From an uncultured delta proteobacterium (GTDB lineage: Bacteria > Desulfobacterota > Desulfobacteria > Desulfobacterales > SG8-13), in contig CAWKCK010000017.1 of the NCBI GenBank assembly GCA_963848135.1, forward strand, positions 372,001-436,000: a stretch of 64,000 nucleotides of DNA, written 5' to 3'. Positions 57,608-64,000 of this stretch are shown here, one piece after another; the first letter of the stretch is position 1, and each line of letters begins with the position of its first letter. Below the pieces are notes generated by a model, which saw nothing but the letters and a program-made list of their open reading frames with translations, was not told the DNA's origin and searched no databases. The translations under genes and the position numbers were made by a program.

Positions 57608-58957
57608 ATGACCCAGGATCTGAAAGAATTGAGACCCGGCATGCCAGAGGCCCGCGATTTCATCCTCTCCAAAGCGCACGCCGAAGCCAAACCGACATGC
57701 AGCCCTACAGTCGAACCGGATGAAAATGATGGACTTGTATCGACCTATCCCCATCTGCTCAGGGGCAAGTCACTCATGATTCGTGCCATGAGCCTCATGG
57801 AGGAGGTTTCAGTTTTCGGCGCTGTCATCGTCGAAATCGATGGGAATCAATCTGAGACAAACGCCGTGTGTGAAACCGTCTCCCAGGACATTCAACTCAA
57901 GGTCGCCCAAGCCGTAGAAACCACTTGCCAGTCTGTTAACGGTTTATGGGGACTTGTCGACAACACCGCATTTGGATGTTTTTTCCCCGGCTGTAACCAG
58001 GCGGAGAGCATCGAGGTGGCCAGAAAGATAAAAAATATTTTGGCTGCAGCCCGCCATCATACCGTAACGATCGGTATCGCCGTATACCCCACGCTCGAAT
58101 ACCACAAAGACCAGATCTTCGACAATGCCGGAAAAGCATTGGAACACGCCAAGTTTTTCGGGGCCGACAGCCTGGTTTGTTTTGATGCCATCAGCCTCAA
58201 CATCAGCGGTGACAAGCTCTATGACAGCGGTAATTACCAAGGCGCCATCGACGAATTCAATACCGCTCTTTTGATCGATGCCAAGGATGCCAATCTGCAT
58301 AACAGCCTGGGGGTATGTTACGGGGTCACCGGAGAATTCAGAAAGGCGCTCGATCACTTTAGCGTCGCAATCACGCTCGATTCCAACGAAGCCCTATCGC
58401 ACTATAACGCCGCCCTTGTTCATCTCCTTCAGGGAGAACGGGACGAAGCCACCACTCACCTCATCGAAGCGGACAAAAGCCCCCATAGATTGCATGAGGT
58501 GGCCCTTCAGTTGGCTAAGCTGTACCTCGAAGACGGCGATTTGGATAAATGCCGGGCATATTTAGAAAAGGCCGCCGCCTGGCAGCCGCAATCAGGCGCT
58601 GTTTACTCTTTGCTTGGGGATTGCTTTGCGGCACTTGGACAGTCCGAAGATGCCGTCGCTGCCTACAAAAAAGCGTTACGGTTGAATGCCAATGATGCGG
58701 CATCGCTCTCTGGCCTGGGCTGGCTTTACACCACTATGGACAAGAATGCGGACATTGCACAGTCGTTTTGCCGACATAGCACCGACATCTCCCCACAGAA
58801 CGGCCTCTACCGATATCGGCTGGGAAGGATTTATTACAAGGACGGTCGATTAGAAGACGCCAAACAAGAGTTTCAGACGGCTGTCGACCTAAACTATGAG
58901 CCAGCGTCGATCTATCTCGAAAAAGTCGAAAACCGCCTTTTAGACAAGGCTTCCTGA
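57608..58957 (+). CDS. Degenerate GGDEF-like domain + TPR repeat protein
   Basis: VTIGIAVYP...AGKALEHAK..G GGDEF C-terminal pattern; multiple TPRs. Confidence 0.75.
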   Translation: MTQDLKELRPGMPEARDFILSKAHAEAKPTCSPTVEPDENDGLVSTYPHLLRGKSLMIRAMSLMEEVSVFGAVIVEIDGNQSETNAVCETVSQDIQLKVAQAVETTCQSVNGLWGLVDNTAFGCFFPGCNQAESIEVARKIKNILAAARHHTVTIGIAVYPTLEYHKDQIFDNAGKALEHAKFFGADSLVCFDAISLNISGDKLYDSGNYQGAIDEFNTALLIDAKDANLHNSLGVCYGVTGEFRKALDHFSVAITLDSNEALSHYNAALVHLLQGERDEATTHLIEADKSPHRLHEVALQLAKLYLEDGDLDKCRAYLEKAAAWQPQSGAVYSLLGDCFAALGQSEDAVAAYKKALRLNANDAASLSGLGWLYTTMDKNADIAQSFCRHSTDISPQNGLYRYRLGRIYYKDGRLEDAKQEFQTAVDLNYEPASIYLEKVENRLLDKAS

Positions 58958-58960
58958 TCA

Positions 58961-59539
58961 ATGGACAATCTCATTCTCAACATTCTGTCCGAGAGTCTGT
59001 CGGTCAAAGAGCACGCTGTTAGGAACAACCTCGACAATATCGAAGCAGTTGCTCAGCGTCTGGCCGACTGCCTCGCTGCTGGACACAAGGTTCTCATCTT
59101 CGGTAACGGCGGAAGTGCGGCTGATGCCCAACATATTGCCGCCGAGTTCGTCAATCGATTTATGATCGAACGCCCGCCGCTGGCTGCGATTGCCTTGACA
59201 ACCGATTCCTCGATATTGACAAGCATTAGCAACGATTATCATTTCGATGACATATTTTCCAAACAAATTCAGGCCTTGGGGAAAAAAGGTGACATTGCCT
59301 GGGGCATCAGCACCAGCGGTAATTCACCCAACGTGCTTAAAGGGCTTCAAGCGGCCAGGGAAAAGGATTTGTATACTATCGGGCTCGGTGGACGGGGCGG
59401 GGAAATGGTTTCACTGGTCGATGTCGCCCTAACGGTGCCGTCCGATACGACCGCCAGAATACAGGAAAGTCACCTGACCATGGCGCATATTTTGTGCGAG
59501 CTTGTCGAAAGGATGCTGTATCCGCAACAATTCAAATAA
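58961..59539 (+). CDS. gmhA: Phosphoheptose isomerase
   Basis: GNGGSAADAQH, NDY, STSGNS, RIQE. Confidence 0.96.
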   Translation: MDNLILNILSESLSVKEHAVRNNLDNIEAVAQRLADCLAAGHKVLIFGNGGSAADAQHIAAEFVNRFMIERPPLAAIALTTDSSILTSISNDYHFDDIFSKQIQALGKKGDIAWGISTSGNSPNVLKGLQAAREKDLYTIGLGGRGGEMVSLVDVALTVPSDTTARIQESHLTMAHILCELVERMLYPQQFK

Positions 59540-59704
59540 AAACAAACTCTGCTTAAATAGCTTGATTTTTCCTCCCGGTTGATTAAGATTATCTCTTTTG
59601 CCTCCCCTTTGGTTGTTGATGAAAAAATATAGAGTACCACCCGCACGAGTGCCCGCGGTGCATTCGAAGAAACGTGCCGATATTAAGGATGCAAGGAGAC
59701 CATC

Positions 59705-59932
59705 ATGCCGATATATGAATATCATTGTGAAGATTGTAACAAGGACTTCGAACGCCTGGTATTCGGTAAAGAAGCGCCGGATTGCCCGACCTGCAGCAGC
59801 ACCCGTGTCTGCAGAATGATGTCGACTTGCGGCTTTGTCAGCAAGGGCAGCGGCGGCCAAACAGTGACCCAATCCGCTGGCTCTTCATGCAGCGGTTGTG
59901 CAGCGAAAAGCTGTTCGGGGTGCGGTCACTGA
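59705..59932 (+). CDS. FmdB-family zinc-ribbon protein
   Basis: MPIYEYHCEDC...CPTC; C-terminal CSGC..SCSGC. Confidence 0.88.
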   Translation: MPIYEYHCEDCNKDFERLVFGKEAPDCPTCSSTRVCRMMSTCGFVSKGSGGQTVTQSAGSSCSGCAAKSCSGCGH

Positions 59933-59934
59933 TC

Positions 59935-60870
59935 ATGAAAAACTCATTGCGCATCGGCACCCGAAGGAGCCAGCTCGCTCTGTGGCAGGCCAACTGGGTC
60001 AAATCGGAACTGCTTAAGCGCCACCCCTCCCTTTCAATCCAGCTCGTCACCATCAAAACCAAAGGTGATAAAATTCTGGATGTTCCGCTGGCAAAAGTTG
60101 GCGGAAAGGGCCTTTTTGTGAAAGAAATCGAAGACGCACTGCTGCAAAACCAGGTCGACTTAGCGGTTCACAGCATGAAGGACATGCCGGCCGATTTGCC
60201 GCCAGGTCTGTGCATCGGCCCGATTCCCCTGCGCGAGAATCCAGCCGATGTACTGATTGCCAAAAATAACCTTGCTTTCACCCAACTCCCCGCTAACGCC
60301 CGAATCGGCACCAGCAGCCTGCGCCGGGCCGCTCAACTTCTGCACGCCCGCCCAGATTTAGATATCGTTCCGTTGAGAGGTAATCTGGATACCCGCCTAA
60401 GAAAACTGGGTGATCCGGCAGAGGGACTTGACGCTATCATTCTTGCAGCTGCGGGCGTACTTCGTCTTGGATGGGAAAGCCGGATTACAGAGTATCTCGA
60501 TGGCCGTATGATGTTGCCTGCAGCCGGACAAGGCGCCCTTTGCATCGAAATCCGACAGGACGACCGGCCGGTTGCTGAAAAGGTAAGCGGCCTGAACCAT
60601 CCGCCGACCCGACAGATTGTGTTTGGCGAACGCTCTTTTCTGCATCGATTAGAGGGCAGTTGCCAGGTCCCCATCGCGGCTCATGGCGAGATTAAAGGAA
60701 ATCAAATACAACTTGACGGGCTCGTCGCCGATGTCGATGGCCTAAAGATCATTCGGGACCGCGTTCTCGGACCGGCGGATAACGCTGAGTCGATCGGTCG
60801 TGAGCTTGCTGAGCAGCTCCTTATCAGGGGAGCGGACAAAATACTGGAAAAACTGGCCGCAGATGAATAA
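59935..60870 (+). CDS. hemC: Hydroxymethylbilane synthase
   Basis: IGTRRSQLALWQ, GKGLFVKE, HSMKD, GTSSLRR, LEGSCQVP. Confidence 0.97.
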   Translation: MKNSLRIGTRRSQLALWQANWVKSELLKRHPSLSIQLVTIKTKGDKILDVPLAKVGGKGLFVKEIEDALLQNQVDLAVHSMKDMPADLPPGLCIGPIPLRENPADVLIAKNNLAFTQLPANARIGTSSLRRAAQLLHARPDLDIVPLRGNLDTRLRKLGDPAEGLDAIILAAAGVLRLGWESRITEYLDGRMMLPAAGQGALCIEIRQDDRPVAEKVSGLNHPPTRQIVFGERSFLHRLEGSCQVPIAAHGEIKGNQIQLDGLVADVDGLKIIRDRVLGPADNAESIGRELAEQLLIRGADKILEKLAADE

Positions 60871-62452
60871 TACCTCGAAAAATGGTTTGGTGTATCTGGT
60901 GGGGGCCGGCCCGGGCGATCCGGGTCTAATAACCGTCAAAGGGCTGGAATGCATCCGCAAGGCCTCCGTAATCATTTACGATTACCTGGCAGCCCCATCC
61001 CTGCTTAAATATGCCGACCCAACTGCCGAGCTGATTTATGTGGGCAAAAAAGGCGGCGATCATACGCTATCACAGGAGGGAATCAATGCCCTCATCGTAA
61101 AGAAAGCCCGTGAAGGCGCAACAGTTGTTCGGATGAAAGGCGGTGATCCGTTTATTTTCGGCCGGGGCGGCGAGGAAGCTGAAGTCCTTATCGACGCGAG
61201 TATCCCGTTTGAAATCGTACCAGGCGTAACTTCAGCTATTGCCGCACCAGCGTATGCTGGAATACCACTGACCCATCGAAAATATACCACCACCGTTGCG
61301 TTTGTCACTGGGCATGAAGATCCATCTAAAGAGGCCTCGACTATCGACTGGGAGTCGTTAGCTCGGGGAATCGGCACCCTTGTTTTTTTAATGGGCGTGA
61401 AAAACCTGCCCCAGATCACTCGCAGACTGATTCAACATGGCAAGCCGGCCGGCACTCCCGTCGCTCTCGTCCGCTGGGGAACGACCGCGCGCCAGCAAAC
61501 AGTTTCAGGCACACTTGGAAATATCGTTCAACGCGCAAATGAAGCCGGGCTCAAAGCCCCGGCGATCATCGTCGTGGGTGAGGTGGTGAAATTACGGCAG
61601 AGCATGAAGTGGTTTGACAAGCGCCCTTTGCTTGGCAAAAGGATCGTTGTTACCCGGGCACGAGCCCAGGCCAGCGATTTGATCCAGAGCTTGTCCGAAC
61701 TTGGTGCTGAATGTCTCGAGTTTCCGACGATCAAGGTCGAACCACCGACAGACTGGTCTCCTTTGGACAAGGCTATCGAAAATATAACCGATTACAGTTG
61801 GTTGATTTTCACAAGTGTCAATGGCGTGACGTTTTTCTTTGAGCGCTTATTCGCGCGGGGCAAGGATGTCCGCAACTTGGGACACTTGCATACCGCCGCT
61901 ATAGGCCCGGCAACCGCTGATAAACTCATGCATTTCGGCCTATCGAGCGACATCATTCCGGACAGCTACCGGGCGGAATCGGTTGTGGCGGCCTTCAAGC
62001 AAGTGGATGTTACCGGAAAAAGGATACTGTTGCCGCGAGCAGCCGAAGCACGCCCGATCCTGCCCAAGGAACTTAAAACGATGGGAGCGATGGTCGATGA
62101 AATTACTGTATATCATACCCGGCCAGTAATCGATCATGCCGAACGGCTGATCGAAGAATTAGAAACCAATGCCATAGATATGATTACTTTCACGAGTTCA
62201 TCCACCGTTTCCAACTTCAAATCCCTGCTGCCCGAAGACCGATTCGCAGAGTTGGTCAAGTCAGCAACCATCGCCAGTATTGGCCCGATAACCACGGAGA
62301 CTGCCGAAAAATTGGGGTTCAAAGTGCACGTCACGGCTGAAAGGTTCACAATTCCCGGCCTGGTAGAAGCAATCCTGAACCATGCATACCAATCAACCAA
62401 GCAAATCCAGATGACAAGGCAGGCAATACCCCGCGGGGCCACCACGCTGTGA
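60863..62452 (+). CDS. cobA: Uroporphyrinogen-III C-methyltransferase / synthase fusion (CobA-HemD)
   Basis: GAGPGDPGL, KGGDPFIFGRGGEE; HemD half with FTSVNGV, FTSSST, IGPIT. Confidence 0.95.
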   Translation: MNNTSKNGLVYLVGAGPGDPGLITVKGLECIRKASVIIYDYLAAPSLLKYADPTAELIYVGKKGGDHTLSQEGINALIVKKAREGATVVRMKGGDPFIFGRGGEEAEVLIDASIPFEIVPGVTSAIAAPAYAGIPLTHRKYTTTVAFVTGHEDPSKEASTIDWESLARGIGTLVFLMGVKNLPQITRRLIQHGKPAGTPVALVRWGTTARQQTVSGTLGNIVQRANEAGLKAPAIIVVGEVVKLRQSMKWFDKRPLLGKRIVVTRARAQASDLIQSLSELGAECLEFPTIKVEPPTDWSPLDKAIENITDYSWLIFTSVNGVTFFFERLFARGKDVRNLGHLHTAAIGPATADKLMHFGLSSDIIPDSYRAESVVAAFKQVDVTGKRILLPRAAEARPILPKELKTMGAMVDEITVYHTRPVIDHAERLIEELETNAIDMITFTSSSTVSNFKSLLPEDRFAELVKSATIASIGPITTETAEKLGFKVHVTAERFTIPGLVEAILNHAYQSTKQIQMTRQAIPRGATTL

Positions 62453-62839
62453 TTTCCCGAAAGGCACGACGTCCCCTTTTTGGCCAAAACGGGGGTAATG
62501 AACGGGAAGCCATCTGACGTCTTTCATGGTCAATGGTCTTCGCAGCGACGCTGTCGCCCCACTGCCATGAGCCTCGAATAACGCCAATTCGGTTCCATCT
62601 CGGATCATTTAAACACACCTGGGGCGACAATGCCCTTATAGCCAGACTGAATCAGTGGACGATTTCATCGAACGATTCTTTTTTTAGAAACTGCAAACCG
62701 GATCTTGCAAAGTTGCGGGTTAAAACACCTCTTTGTAATGATCTCGGAACGTGTTTGCGTCGCGCACAAAGGTCCTGTTTGACACTTTTGACAATCGGCG
62801 ATAGATTCAGGTCCGATATTGAGTATAGGATTTCATACA

Positions 62840-63832
62840 ATGCCTGACCATCAGATGATCGATCGCTACAACCGCCACCTGAACTACCTGCGGATATCTA
62901 TTACCGACAGATGCAACTTGCGCTGCATCTACTGTGTCCCGGCAGACCGTTTGCGTCGTTTGTCGCATGCGGATATCCTGCGGTATGAAGAAATCCTGCG
63001 TTTGGTCGAGGTTGGGGTGGGCCTTGGGATCTCCAAGGTCAGGGTTACTGGCGGTGAACCCCTGGTGCGAAAAGGTGCCGGCAACTTTCTGGCGGACCTG
63101 TCTCAAATACCCGGGATTGCAGAGGTCACTCTGACAACCAACGGTATTTTACTCAAGGAAAATATTACTCGCATCAAGGCTGCCGGAATACGGCGGCTAA
63201 ATATCAGCCTGGACACCCTTCAGAAGGCAAAGTTCCGAAGAATCACTGGTAATGACCTCTTCGACCAGGTATGGAAGGGCATCACGACAGCCAGTGATGC
63301 CGGGTTCGACCCCATCAAGCTCAATGTCGTTGCCTTAAGGGGGATCAACGATGATGAGTTCCTCGCTTTTGCCGGTCTCACCCGAGATTATCCATTTCAC
63401 ATCAGATTTATTGAATACATGCCGATCGGCAAGGCACGCTTGAAATTTGGCCCGCCCTTATTGGTTGCCGAAATAAAGGAAAAACTGCGCCGTTTGGGTG
63501 CGCTGGTTCCAATCGAAAAAGATCCTGGCGATGGTCCGGCCGAACGATTCAGAATAGAAAATGCCGTTGGAGAAATTGGCTTTATCAGCGCACTAAGCCA
63601 CCACTTCTGTAACAGCTGCAACCGTCTGAGACTTACCGCCAGCGGTCAGCTGCGTCCCTGCCTGCTGTCGGATCGCCAGCTTGATCTCAGGGGACCGTTG
63701 CGAAACGGTGCATCCAATGGGAAGCTGGCCGAAATTTTCTGCCGGGCAGTCTTAAACAAACCTTCAGACCACAGTCTCACCATTAACGAACCCTCCGGCG
63801 TTACTTGTCAAATGTCATCCATCGGTGGTTGA
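62840..63832 (+). CDS. moaA: GTP 3',8-cyclase (Moco biosynthesis radical SAM)
   Basis: CNLRCIYC, TGGEP, FCNSCNRLRLT..G.LRPCL, C-terminal IGG. Confidence 0.97.
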   Translation: MPDHQMIDRYNRHLNYLRISITDRCNLRCIYCVPADRLRRLSHADILRYEEILRLVEVGVGLGISKVRVTGGEPLVRKGAGNFLADLSQIPGIAEVTLTTNGILLKENITRIKAAGIRRLNISLDTLQKAKFRRITGNDLFDQVWKGITTASDAGFDPIKLNVVALRGINDDEFLAFAGLTRDYPFHIRFIEYMPIGKARLKFGPPLLVAEIKEKLRRLGALVPIEKDPGDGPAERFRIENAVGEIGFISALSHHFCNSCNRLRLTASGQLRPCLLSDRQLDLRGPLRNGASNGKLAEIFCRAVLNKPSDHSLTINEPSGVTCQMSSIGG

Positions 63833-64000
63833 TCTGGCGATGTGCCCGGGACAATGACCGGAACCAGATGCGTTTTCGGGGCGTTCTCCTGATATGAACC
63901 ACAAGGTGATATGTAACAAAGCCGGTAGCTGTGAATTATTTTTGTACTGGTGCCTCCTGACAGGTTCGGATGGTCGAAACGTGGTTTTTCAAGCAATGAT

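Noticed and set aside
59705..59940. Selenocysteine read-through of the FmdB gene TGA, prompted by nearby selA
   Set aside because: A second TGA follows after one codon, hemC starts immediately, and no SECIS-like hairpin is evident.
62453..62839. Moco/tungsten riboswitch or ModE box upstream of moaA
   Set aside because: Only a generic hairpin and a TTTGACA direct repeat; consensus not recognisable by eye. An Infernal scan would settle it.

Overview
Core-genome window of a sulfate-reducer-like deltaproteobacterium; Desulfobacterales-like is my inference from gene content (PxxKW protein, DVU0524-type protein, cobA-hemD fusion, selA). Bases 1-17.3 kb hold the minus-strand translation/transcription superoperon: tRNA Thr-Tyr-Gly-Thr, tuf, rpmG, tRNA-Trp, secE, nusG, rplKAJL, rpoBC, rpsLG, tuf, rpsJ. 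The rest is housekeeping, envelope, signalling and cofactor genes. The standout observation is a complete ~98-aa parvulin/PpiC-like peptidyl-prolyl isomerase domain inserted in frame in RNA polymerase beta' (RpoC), at the position where cyanobacteria split RpoC1/RpoC2. Other points of note: no fusA in the str operon, two apparently identical tuf genes, a PdxJ with substituted catalytic residues, a pyruvoyl-ADC/DHS-like/agmatinase polyamine operon, a CheD-HDOD fusion, a sigma28-type orphan locus and three non-autonomous IS200-like end remnants. I saw no CRISPR array, prophage or intact transposase. All family calls come from motif recognition, not database searches.
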